Source: Phoronis australis
Lineage: Eukaryota > Animalia > Phoronida
NCBI GenBank assembly: GCA_002633005.1
Contig: NMRA01000008.1
Span: 2,122,598 to 2,186,597 of the forward strand
Reading direction: 5' to 3'
Length of the DNA stretch: 64,000 nt
The notes beneath the pieces were generated by a model. It was not told the DNA's origin and did not search any database. It was given only the letters and a program-made list of their open reading frames with translations. Position 1 is the first letter of the stretch; each line of letters opens with the position of its first letter. Of this stretch, positions 13,901 to 24,730 are shown in pieces. Both the position numbers and the translations under genes were made by a program.

Positions 13901-16492
13901 TAGGGGCTTTGGGTGTGACAGCCTTAGGACGCTTGGGAGTTGTGGCTTTCGGAGTACTTGGAGTGGGAGGTTTAGCCTGAAACGAACACGGCAAGAATCA
14001 ATGCACCTCCCAAGTGATCAAGACATTATGTTTGACCAAAATGATCAAATGGGATCAAAATCACTGGCTTATGAAACTGCTTTGCATTAGCGACGGGAAC
14101 ATGTGTTTAATCGAATCTTGAATCTTCATCATACATAAACAGTTAAAGAACTTTCAACTGGCTATGCTGCCAAATTACAAACTACGGCGAAGTTAACACA
14201 TGCATCAAATGATGAATACCGGTCCTTTCCTTCATATGAAGAAGAGTAAACGATTGCTAATGATCAGGCACATGACTTCTGGGTGTGACGGACAGCCAGA
14301 TAACGCCTCCCCTCCCCTCCCTAAATCGCTTGCAAAGTGGAAAATGCCTCTTGGAAAATATTGGAAGCTCGGCGTTGTCGAAATTTTCTTCACTAACCCC
14401 TATCCAATACCTTAGGAGACAAAATCTTTTGAAGAGGAACTTTGGCTGGACTGGCAATTGCTTTAGATGGCGAAGCAGACTTCAACGGAGATCCAGAACG
14501 CTTGGCAGGGCTTCTCCGTGAGCTAAATGGGGAATCATCAGGAAACTCAAAACGGAATGATCGGTCGATGATGGTGATCAGATCAAGGTCGCGCAACAGG
14601 GCTGTCTCTTTCAGTGGCAACTTATTCAGCAGGGTGGGATTGACGTCACTGGAGTTGGACAGAAACACCTGAAACACACATAGTGTATGGATGCACATTT
14701 CCAACACATCAACTCACCTCATTCAGCACCTGGGCACCCAAGAAAAATGGGCAACAGTCTGATATAACGTACCCGTATTTTGAGAACCAGTTTGATGCCT
14801 GTTATTTAGTGTGGAAAACTTCTCAAAATTCCGGCACGTTATATCAGACCATTACCGAAAAATGAGTAAGTATCTCTGAACAAAAGGTCTTGTAGATCTT
14901 TGGTTTATCCAGAATAAAAGAGCTAGTAAAGACATGATCAAGACACAATGAAATTTATTGCATAAAAACAATGTTACGCATAATTCGTTATGGACGCCCT
15001 AAGCAATTGGAAACCATGTTGGATGACCCAATTTTGAAAACCTCCACGAACCCCTGCACATGGAACGTACTGAAACGAGTTTACCACACCTGATGAATGA
15101 CAACGAGGTCATAGAATTGGTGCTTACCTCTCCCTTGGAATTAACATCAATTCGACAGTGCTCCTTGGAGACATTTGGAAGTTGAATGCGTATATCGCAC
15201 TCGTTGCTTCTGCAAACACAGTAAAAACAATTTGCTTCAGAAATGCACGCCATCGAGCTGAAAACTTTTACAAAATCTTATTCCAACATTGTGTTAACTA
15301 ACTAGTGCTTGATAGAAGATAGGATTTTAAAACAGCAGAAGCAATGTGTTGACTTACAAAACAAGAAACACGACAATGAAATTCCAATTGTTATCCAGCC
15401 AGAACAGGCAAAAGTTCACTAATTTCGAACCAAAATGATCGTCAAAATTTCTCTTGTTGTTTTTCAAGATCTTCAAATGTTGCTGTGAATGTCACAAATT
15501 TTTGGGAAATACTTTCTGATGAAAGCTACGGTAGAAAACTTGAACCTTGTAAAGCATCAATATGTTGTCTCTAAAAAAATAATTGGAGGCGGTGTGAGAC
15601 ACATTGTACCAGACATGCGCAGACTGCCCATGTGGGCCCATTGCAGTGATCACCTGGAAATATTTTTATGCTTTATTAACATATAGTTAAAACCAAGCTG
15701 AGGAGCTAGAAACCTTACTCAAGGGTTTAACAGTGTGACCCGGTGGGACTCGAACCCACGACCTCGAGTAAAGAAAGTGGACACCTATCACACTATGACA
15801 TGTCTTCATTAAACAATGATGAAATAAAATTTAACGTGTCTACTGACTCCACCATAAACTAGTGTGTCCTAAATTGGTTGAGATTTAACTGTGCATTGCA
15901 ATTCTAGGGAGTCATCTACAACACAGCTGCTATTTTACAAATGCATTGTGGGACGGTTGTCGGTTCAGAAGCATACGCTGACATCACAGATGACTCGTGC
16001 ATTTTGATGATGAACTTTAACCTCAGATTGGTCGGATAGCATGAGCCTCGAGAATGTTTCGTACAAATGATTTTGTTAACAGAATCTTTTCACACATTTG
16101 ATGTGTTTTGAGACGCATACTGTTAACACGTCATCAAGTTATGTGATGTCATAGGGTGTATGCAAGCTGACAACTGTCCCATGATTGAAAACAAAATGAC
16201 AGCAGCACAGTTCATGAAATCCTCTGAATATAAGTGATGGTTGAATGTATTGGCAAAGGTTTCATACACTGTCTGATAACAAACTTGCCAGCACACAACT
16301 GGGAAGCAACAAGACGTTATGCATCGGACGTATCCCAATAATTTCTGTCCTCATTATAAAGCGCATCATCTTAAGCCATGCTCTAAGTGCTTGAAGAACT
16401 TACCTGCCTATTGTACAAACGGTGGCAGTGAGGGGGAATTTTGGGCCATCTTTCCCATTTCTTTTAATGACAACAATGTTCCCAAACAGCAT
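1968..16492 (-). CDS. MKI67: Proliferation marker Ki-67 homologue (multi-exon, about 1,600 aa or more)
   Basis: Exons (minus): 16404-16492 MLFGNIVVIKRNGKDGPKFPLTATVCTIGR, 15128-15209 SNECDIRIQLPNVSKEHCRIDV, 14411-14668 ...LITIIDRSFRFE (together the FHA domain; human has MWPTRRLVTIKRSGVDGPHFPL...CDIRIQLP...ITIIDRSFRYE), 13409-13976, [12968-13029 uncertain], 8858-8980, 7098-7915 (KRKRVSFGPQLSPEHFDKYLPPGTPLRKG, PP1-binding domain), 6419-~7084 (GLPEMFNTPK...KTWADVVKKG), 5100-5246 (STGHAASPATIVI conserved domain), 1968-4022. Boundaries are GT-AG except at N 7085, where an intron and acceptor are lost in the assembly. Confidence 0.93.
2090..3495 (-). repeat. Coding tandem repeat, 78 bp / 26 aa, about 18 copies (AAKPASPVKEASPVKPATPKPTRGKR)
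   Basis: Directly visible in ORF 1968..4049 and in the DNA periodicity. Confidence 0.95.
7780..7866 (-). other. MKI67: PP1-binding (RVxF) domain of Ki-67/Repo-Man type
   Basis: Translates KRKRVSFGPQLSPEHFDKYLPPGTPLRKG, matching the human KRRRVSFGGHLRPELFDENLPPNTPLKRG pattern. Confidence 0.9.
8228..8293. mobile_element. Tiny palindromic MITE (family copy 1)
   Basis: gtgcccgcattttga...tcaaaatgtgggcac inverted arms; related copies at 14761, 32781 and 34620. Confidence 0.55.
9516..10110. repeat. Duplicated repeat segments abutting the assembly gap
   Basis: 9516-9600 resembles 9941-10026, 9698-9741 resembles 10028-10071, and 9765-9798 resembles 10077-10110. Confidence 0.7.
10111..10926. other. 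Assembly gap (816 N) inside a Ki-67 intron
   Basis: Run of N. Confidence 1.
10993..12910 (+). mobile_element. Helentron/HINE-like interspersed repeat with internal duplication and a nested TACCGTA-ended insertion
   Basis: Segment ~11500-11820 is repeated at ~12560-12860 and shares aaaactaaaattgccactagggg with 22221-22420. A nested element starts ataccgtactcg at ~11838. Outer boundaries are approximate. Confidence 0.55.
13409..13976 (-). repeat. Coding pentapeptide repeat exon (xx-T/S-P-K) of Ki-67
   Basis: AATPK/APSPK/VATPK units with 15-bp periodicity; the exon is flanked by AG and GT. Confidence 0.85.
14761..14845. mobile_element. Tiny palindromic MITE (family copy 2)
   Basis: gatataacgt...ttttgagaaccagtttgatgcc...ttctcaaaa...acgttatatc. 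Confidence 0.65.
15573..15796 (-). mobile_element. tRNA-derived SINE, family A
   Basis: Reverse complement closely matches 44890-45129; B box GGTTCGAGTCC; T-rich tail. Confidence 0.85.
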
Positions 16493-19399
16493 GGTGAATT
16501 CGCACTGAAAACGTGAAAGCAACAGGTTTAGTATAACAAGACACAAGCACAGTACATGGTTTAGTTTTGCAGTGCTCTACGAATAGCAGTAAAAGGCAGT
16601 ACACGTCACAGGACAAAACTCTTTGCTGGAACTTTGGATACAATCGGTTACATCACTGGTATGTAGAGACCTTGGTGTTTCTTTTTCAAAGACAGAGGAA
16701 TCTATTTTAGCAAAAACATGAAATTCCATTTTGGAAATTAGCAAGATACAAAACAAATATGACTTGGGAATTGCCTTACTTTTCGCCTACATTATGCCTC
16801 AGCTTTGTTTTACAGATAATTCGATGTATGTAAACTTTGTTTCTCAAAACTAGAAAAATAACAGCACCAAATTTAGAAAGAATGAACAACTACTTCAACG
16901 CACATGCTGCAAAATGATCATAGGTTGGTTTGTGGCCAGAATACCGTGATGTCAAATTTGATGGGTTAATAATATATTTTAAATGTTTGGTAATTAAAAA
17001 CCAGAAAGATAAGAACGTTATCTGTGTAGTGTATACTGAAATATGTTAATTCCATTAGAAATCTATAATTTCATGAAAGAAGTAAGATTCCATGAATTCT
17101 GTCCACTTTGCATTATCGTGGGAAATCGAGGTTATCTAGGCAAGCGAGATGCACTGCTTATGTGAGAGGGTTTTTGTGGTCAGATTTCCTTAGTTTCCAG
17201 ACACCAACAAGGGAACAGTGTCTGCATAGGCAATGGTGTCATATTTTTGCAGTTGCACTGGTGAAAAAACAATGGCTGTAAATACAGCAGAAAAGCACAA
17301 AACTTGCAACCGAAAGTTGACACAACAGCACGAAAATGCAAATACTGTCACTACCATGAAGAAAGAAAATACTGATACTTCTGCAGGAAGACGCTTCAGG
17401 AACTGGGATGGTTCTGCCAATAGTGGGTCATTTGGCGAGTTAAGACCAAAGAAAATGCCCTTGTTTGCACCAGACTCATCTAGAAACCCATGCCTCAGTG
17501 TTTGAAGTAAAATAGCATACTTTTCGTTTTCAGTAAAGTTATTTTTTTCCAGAAACTTGCAAAACTGTTGTATGTAAGGCAGTTTTTTTAACAAAATGTC
17601 TTGATAACTTAAGGATAATCACCTGTTTCGTCACCTTAATTGACTAAGAATGAATCTACAAAGACAAGTGGTGCCGTTTTGAGTTGCAGCAATCTCAGCC
17701 CACACTTGTAAAGAAGTCCTTTTTCAATACCGCCACCAAGGATGTGTTCTCACCAGGATAAAATTAGATTTTTGTGAATAATCAGATCACACTAAGGCAG
17801 CAATTTTGGTAAGAATGAGACTAAAATAGATTGGAGAATTTGACAGGACTTGCACGTTGAAACCACTTTTCAGTGACATAAAAAGCACAAAGCCTAGTGA
17901 GAAGATTGCTAGGTACAGTGTAACCCAGAAAATAATACCAATGTTTTTGTTTCATAAATAACTATTTTTTGGAGTTCACTACCTAACTTTAAAAAAACTA
18001 ACACTACTATGAATGAATGACATGTCTACAAAGTAACAGCTGATTTGCTACTTGTGTCAATCACTTGACAACATACTTAGCACAAACTTTAAAGGGGCAA
18101 TAATAACAGCAGCAAAATTTTTTACTTTTTTGTAACTTGGTATAAAAGTCATCAAGAGGTTTAATCTAATTTGTAGTTTGGTAGAGATGTCTTTAAAAAT
18201 ATTTCTTAAGAAGCAAACACATGTAACACTATTGGGTTACCCTGTATTTTTAAACATGTAGTGGCTTGGCAACAATATTTTCTTTTCTTATCTTAACCAA
18301 TTATGAACAGGATTCTAAAGACAAGTGCTGCGGGTTAGCAGAATTCACCATATATGAAAATCCAAACACCGTGAAAGTGTGTAAATGACAGCAAATTAGC
18401 CTGTTGGAATTGAGCGGCAGCTAGTAGTAGGCCCCTACGCCTACTGCACATTACTTGCCTTGTTGTCTACTTAGCGTTTATTAATTATCAATGGGTCAGT
18501 TGTTGTTGAGTCTAATTAAAAACAGTAAACTCGATGAAGATGTTGCACCTTGCACTTAAAATATAGCATCTTCTCAACCTCAGCCCCTCTGTCCGGAGTC
18601 AGGGATTGTGGGAACAAACCTCTACATACTACAAAAAGGAGTCATTTACGTTAAAGCTCCAAAGAGGTTCCATTTTAATTTACTCCCTAAACGGTGAAGA
18701 CATTTACATCCCAGTTATAAACCCTCGTCAAATATTGGAGTGACCATCCCTAGGCCTACTTCTGAATGGGCATCCCATGCTGCCCCAGCCGGAGCGAGTA
18801 CCCGACGACAGACAGTCCTGTGCAAAGTCTGCGTTGATGGAAAATTTCATGTGAACTCCGCCAAGTTCAAACCACACGGAACTTTACTAATAGGTACATC
18901 GGCATTGCAAGAACGGTAATAAATCCCAACAGTAATCCAGATGAAAGAAGTTCAGCGATTTCCACCATGTGAGGTGAGCCGAGCGGCTTCGGTGATTGTT
19001 TTTGAATCATGAAAACAGAAATTACAAAACAATGTTCCGTAACCTTTCAATTTAAGATTCCAATTAACAGCGATTAGCACGAACAGTGTTACAAAATTTA
19101 AGTTTAAAAAATTACGATTCTAAAACGTTATTCAAATTTAGAAAAATGCTTATATTTCGAGATTTAAACTCACCGGGGACTCAATCCAACCCTTCCCGCG
19201 CACAAGAAACCTAAAATGAGACAATTTACCGGTTACTCACTACGAGAAAGAAAATGACATTTAAAGTTTGTGAGCTCCATACCTTTTTCTACACATTAAC
19301 ATTATAAATAATCTTATTTATTATAATATTCTTGATACATAGTTACCAAAATGTTGTAATTTACTTGGAAAAATCATATTTCATGTGTAGCGCATTAAT

Positions 19400-19470
19400 T
19401 GTTGATTTGAATTTGTAGTAAGAAGTCCGCCGATTTAAAATTCACCATAACGGTTTCTGATTGGTTCTAA
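19400..19470. promoter_or_regulatory. Putative cell-cycle (G2/M-type) promoter core: CHR-like TTTGAA and TTTAAA, MYB-like TAACGG, CCAAT box
   Basis: tttgaa 19406-19411, tttaaa 19434-19439, taacgg 19448-19453, attgg 19460-19464. These lie between a minus-strand donor (GTGAGT at 19235-19240; probable non-coding first exon of MKI67) and a plus-strand donor (GTAAGA at 19641). Confidence 0.5.
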
Positions 19471-20050
19471 ATCCGGAATCAACGTTTATTGAGCTATTAT
19501 CATGGGGTCGTATAGTAAAAGTTCCATGTATTTGTTTACAAGCGCGGAGTTCGTTAAGAATCTTCTTGAGTCGGTGACGTGCGTGTGGTGGGTAACAGAG
19601 TACGAGATAAAGTTTTAAGATATAAAGGTAGTTAATTGACGTAAGAACTTTATCCCATTTTGTCTGTTTAAATTTGGCAAAGGTGCGATTCAGTTGAGCT
19701 TGTTGTGTGCTGTTGTAGCATTTGATGAGCCACGATCTAAGCCACGGTCACGGGCAAGAATCGGGATTCTTGCAGTATGTGAACCGTTGTTTCAGCTGAC
19801 ACATATAATATCCTGCTTGTCTTGCGGTTGTGTGCAGCCCTGTGTCAGATTAGCTTAGACAGCAGTTTATTATGCTGCTGTCTCAGGTTGCTGTTTTGTG
19901 AGGTGACAATGACAGACAATGACAATGAAGTTAAAATGTGTGATCGACTATTTTTACCCTTTTTTATCCGGTTTTCTGTGCTAAGTTCACTATTCGGAAT
20001 CGGCCCTTCGCAGTTCGGACGCGGATCCAGCGGGAGGTCCATTTAGGATC

Positions 20051-20360
20051 CAGTGGTGGATTTAAGGGGGGAGGGGGGAGCAAGGGAGCCACCCCCCCTA
20101 AAATTCTTCCAGATTTCATTTGGCAGTTTGGGTGCGAATTGGTGACTGGCATATAAGCGCACACCTAGTCCTAGGCGGGCTCGGGGGCGGGCCTTGAACA
20201 AACCCCATTTACCTGTTTTTTTTTATGGTCATAAGGTCCACAAACTCATAAGTTCATGCCTTCTGCATCCCTACATTTTAGGCAGAGTGCGTATGTGGCG
20301 TAATTTGGGTTATTCCTGTGCCCTTGCCCCTCTTAACTCAAAATCCTGGATCCGCCCCTG
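20051..20360. mobile_element. MITE with CAG(T/G)GG(T/C)GGAT TIRs and 5-bp TSD (GGATC)
   Basis: cagtggtggat ... atccgcccctg flanked by ggatc at 20046-20050 and 20361-20365. Confidence 0.75.
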
Positions 20361-20451
20361 GGATCTGGGGATTGGTGAGGAGTGTGGTGCTTGGATAGGT
20401 GAAACTTTTACTGTCAAATTGTACACAAAGTTATTCCTTTTTCTGATTTAA

Positions 20452-20719
20452 ATTAATTCTCTGGAAATTAAGGTTCACTTTTGGTTGGAATTCAACAAAA
20501 TTAATTTTTGCAAAAGAACTCTGGAAGGTTAGGCTCCACGATTTCTTATCTCCAAAATACTCAGCAACAGTCTTTATTAAATTTCAAAACTGCTGCAAGG
20601 GGATTATGTTGTGAAAAAAATACGAAAGGGAACTTTTTGATAAAAGCTCCCAACCAAATCACGCAGCCAGGGTGCCCAATTGTTTATTTTCCAAAAGGGT
20701 GAGAACCTTCCAGAATTAA
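20452..20719. mobile_element. Degenerate TTAA-flanked TIR element
   Basis: ttaattctctggaa...cttttgg versus ccaaaagggtgagaaccttccagaattaa. Confidence 0.4.
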
Positions 20720-21035
20720 CAGACAGCTCTATACACCCGGGATCCTCGGATAATGAAGAATTTGAAGTGGTTACTATTTCTGAAACTCCCTTTGCTATCC
20801 TGAATCCATTCTTGCTGTTGTCGTCAAATGCTGTTTAGTGACATCTGTTTTCTGAATTTCATTGGTTTAGACTACATTGTCCACCTCCAAAAACCCCAGT
20901 GACGAATATGTTGCACATTGCATATGGGCCCTTTCTTGATGTTAGGTTGGGTAGTGAACCAAGGTGTCAATCGTGTTGTTTTCTATCCTTGCTTGTGTTC
21001 AGCTAAACTGCATGATAGAGGTGTTGTCTTTACAG

Positions 21036-24000
21036 ATGACAAGATCGACCAGAGCAAGGACTCCGGCCAAGTCTGCGAGTTCACATAGCATAAGTGTGAG
21101 ACAATCAAGAAAGTCTGTTACCAAGACCAAAGTCTTATCAAAGTATATGGAACTTTTTGCATTTGTATATGGAACTTTTTGCATTTGAGCAATAAATTCC
21201 TTCAATTTGGGGCATAAATCCTATACTAAAATTGTTGTTTTCAATTTCTTACTTACTGAAACACTGCAAATGCTCAAAATATTACCATTTTTGTAAACAA
21301 TGTACAATACTTTTAAAGAGACATTGGTTTTTAGGCCAAAAATGCATTTTCAGGATTGTTTTTGGTTAGAATTGAGATCTAGAAGTTATTAGCTTTGACC
21401 GGAGCTGTAAGACAATGAGATCTATTGTGTCCAGTGTTTTGCCATGTTTAACTGGCTGAAAATACAAAAAGCAAATGAGGCCATTTTCTCTCATAAAATA
21501 TTTACTGGTTGCGCGATAGGATTCTATTTTCAAACCATCAGCAACTCAAGAAAACGCTTCAAAGTTAATTATTGGTATTGGCTAATCCTAAAATTAAGAA
21601 TTAGAAAATTGTATGTATGCATTGCCGTTGGAAACGGAAATGGAATCCTTTCACGCTAAGGAATGTTAGCAGAATAATTTAATGAAAATAAAATTTTGAA
21701 TTTGGTTTTTTTGCTTTTCACCCAGCAAAAGATGGTGAAACTGAAATGCAGCTTTAACGATTTTACTACAAATTCCAATTTCTCGCCATTGTCTGCCCAA
21801 CATTCACTAAGATTGGTGACTATTCAAATCAGGTGGGGTTGAGCTCTGCCAGCAGAAGTTTGGGCTGTGACCGTGTGGTGGCGGGCTCAATTCCGTTCTG
21901 AGGTTGATCACGGCAAACCATTTTTCTCATGAATTATTATTTATAAAAATAATGTTGTTAATATTAAACTGTTTGTTGAAGGGTTTTCAAGAAGTCTCCA
22001 TCCAAGTCTCCTGCATGGAGGAATGCAGACGATGTTTTGCTTTCTTCTCCTAAGCCGAGTCCACCTCGAAGACCAACCACAAGAAGGTAACTATTGAAAA
22101 CAGTGACGAACTTGTCTTAAAGTGCTTAAAACCACCATTTACCATGTTTTGACAAGTGACTACACTGTCACCATAATTTAACTTTAGCACTGTGTATCAC
22201 AATCGTGAATTCAATATCCCAAAAAAACTAAAATTGCCACTAGGGGGCACACCGGAAGTCTGATCCGTCTGAAAGTTTGCTCATGCTGTCCCATTCATGA
22301 ATGGAACATGTGTGCCAAATTTCATGAACGTATGTCACAAAGGGTTTTGGAGATAGAGCAGCGGACGCCGGACGGAGATGACGGCATAATGCGTCCACAT
22401 ATAAATATGTGGGCGCATAATAACCACTGGAAATAAGCAGCAATATCTGACGATTTTCCACACTAAACACAATGGAGGGTGACTGGTGCTGCGATTGAAT
22501 GTCCAATTCTACATACAAGTTGCCAATGAATACAACTGCACTTTTTTAGCATAGATTACCGGTATGTTAAAATAGCACTGTCGTGTATTTCCAGCTATAA
22601 ATGAGCATAGTTAGGAACATGCAAATATGTCTTTAAGTAAACTAGTGAACTGAACCAGTATATGTCTCAACATGATGAAAGAAATTGTCAAAATGCTAAT
22701 CTTAATTATTTTAAGGATTTAGTATGGGGGGGGGAGATTTCCCCTCAAACAATTCCCCTCTCAAGACACAGGCAAAATTTACCAAATTAGTAAACTTTAA
22801 TATTCAGGTCTTTTACTTTTTGACACTCTTTGCAGTTTTGAACACCAATTGCTGTTTAGAGTTTAGGTTGATTCACATGAACTTTTGAAGTCACATAGTT
22901 CAGGAACCAATTCTCAGATTGTTGATTTCCCTTCAGCATAGATATAAGATTTCAAAAATGAAGGTCTGGATAGCTGATATCTCTGTCATTTAAGGTTAAG
23001 AATAAATCTGGTAAACCATTCCCTGTGAATTGAAAATAGGACGTTATAGTTCAAACATGAGGTCGATCACTGTTTGTTCAAAGCAAAAAATGACAATTTC
23101 CCCAAAAAATGGAGGTTACATGTTTATAAGCAGTTGTGTAATGTTTGAAGGTTATGGAATGATTTTTTTCAGTCATCTGGATTCAGAAAACATATTTTAG
23201 GGGTGAAAATGGGTAATCAAAAAGTCATAGTTAAAACTTTGTGCTCAAAATGAATTCTCTTTTATCAGCTAACCTGTCAAGCTTAAATATTATTATTAAC
23301 TTCATTAAAATTAACATTTTCTTTCAAATTTGCTCTGTGTTCTATGATGGTTGTTGAATGTGTTACGGTATTTCACACTTTCAGTTGTGTCGGCAAAATG
23401 TGAAATTTGAGCGAAGTTGGTGATGTATGGTTGGCAGTGTTTTGTGTTAGTGTTGAAACTTGTGTAAACCTGCCCTTCATTCGCAAAATGACTTTGGATT
23501 TAGACCATATAAAGTTATGAAATTGGCCATAACTTGTTCCTTACACAAATTAGAGACAATTTTTGACCTGGAAGACTGAAAATAACTGTAGTTTGTTACT
23601 GATCGAAACAAGTCTAAACAGGCTGATATGTCATGGCAGGACATTTTATTCGTCCAGCAGGGTATCACGAAATCATGAACTACCACTTCAGTTCAAGCCC
23701 AGAATACATGCCTAAGCTGAATGAGACTGGTTTTATTGCCATAAATGATCCAAGTCTAAAGTTTAAATACATTCATCTTTTCAGGATGTCCGTGTATCTT
23801 CAAGCCAAACATGGCAAGTCACTGTTATCTCCTGCCAAGAGTCTCAGCACCACCAGAGTTCGCCAACAGTCTAGAGGTGCAAGTCAGGTGATAAAAAGGC
23901 AGAACAGAAAGGTTTCTGAGACCGATGTCCAAACCTCCCAAGAAAGAAAGACGTCAGAATCAACGATTTCTTCAGGTTCTACTTCCAAACTCAGCACTGT

Positions 24001-24730
24001 CAAGATGCCATCTACAGCTTCGCGGAAAACCTCCACTCCACGTAAAGGAAGTAATGGAAGGTTCAGTTCAGAGGCATCAGTCGAGCAACAACCACGCGAA
24101 GTGAAAAGTACAATGCCTGCTAAGAAAGCTCAAACCCCGTCAAAGAAGAAGGAAACTTCAAAGCCACCCAATACCCCTAAAAGAAAGCCCTCGGTGAAAC
24201 AGTCGCAAGAAACATCAGAAGAGCCTCCTAAGACCAAATCTCCATCCAAAACACCATCTGTTGGAAAGACACCAAAGCGAAAACCTAAAACTCCCGCCCC
24301 AAAGGTATCTGCTGAGACCGAGACACCATCCAAGGCACCATCTGTTGGAAAGACACCAAAGCGAAAACCTAAAACTCCAAAGTCCAGGTCCCCCACCAAA
24401 ACACCTGCCGTTAGAAAGACTCCGAAGCAAAAACCTAAAACTCCATCGCAAAATGGTCAGCCAAAAACTCCGGCGACAGTTTCTCAAGCATTGCAAGTGA
24501 GTATGAATGACACTCCACAGACAAGCAATGTTGCAACGAAAACACCAAGCACTCGCAAACGCAAGCAAAACATTCCCGCCAGTGAAGTGAAGGTGAAAAA
24601 GCCCAAGACCACACGTCCAGAAGAAGAAATCGGCACGAATGAGCCAGAATCAATACAGTCTCTGACGGTTCCGGGAGGCGATAGTATACAGGAGGAGACA
24701 CAAAGCAAATGGACTTGTGCTATACAATAG
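21036..24730 (+). CDS. Uncharacterised basic, Lys/Thr/Pro/Ser-rich disordered protein (385 aa), 3 coding exons
   Basis: Exons 21036-21142 (MTRSTRARTPAKS...), 21982-22086 (VFKKSPSKSPAWRNADD...) and 23785-24730 splice in phase 2/2 to 1158 nt ending in TAG. Many TPK/SPxK sites and an internal repeat SVGKTPKRKPKTP. The first donor (GTATAT) is weak. Confidence 0.7.
22221..22423 (+). mobile_element. 3' end of the Helentron/HINE-like repeat
   Basis: Shares its core with the 11.5-12.9 kb copies; ends in a GACG-rich tract, a palindrome atgcgtccacatat/atatgtgggcgcat, then ataa. Confidence 0.55.
22423..22512 (+). repeat. Interspersed repeat shared with 45452-45543
   Basis: gcagcaatatctgac...tggagggtgact...attctac occurs at both places. 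Confidence 0.6.

Larger units (their letters stand above)
14411..16492 (-). other. MKI67: FHA domain exons of the Ki-67 homologue
   Basis: Three phase-consistent exons encode the GR, SKEH and NPT FHA signature residues and TIIDRSF. Confidence 0.92.

Noticed and set aside
17190-17594. 134-aa minus-strand ORF in the first Ki-67 intron
   Set aside because: No recognisable motif and no convincing splice partners; possibly decayed repeat sequence.
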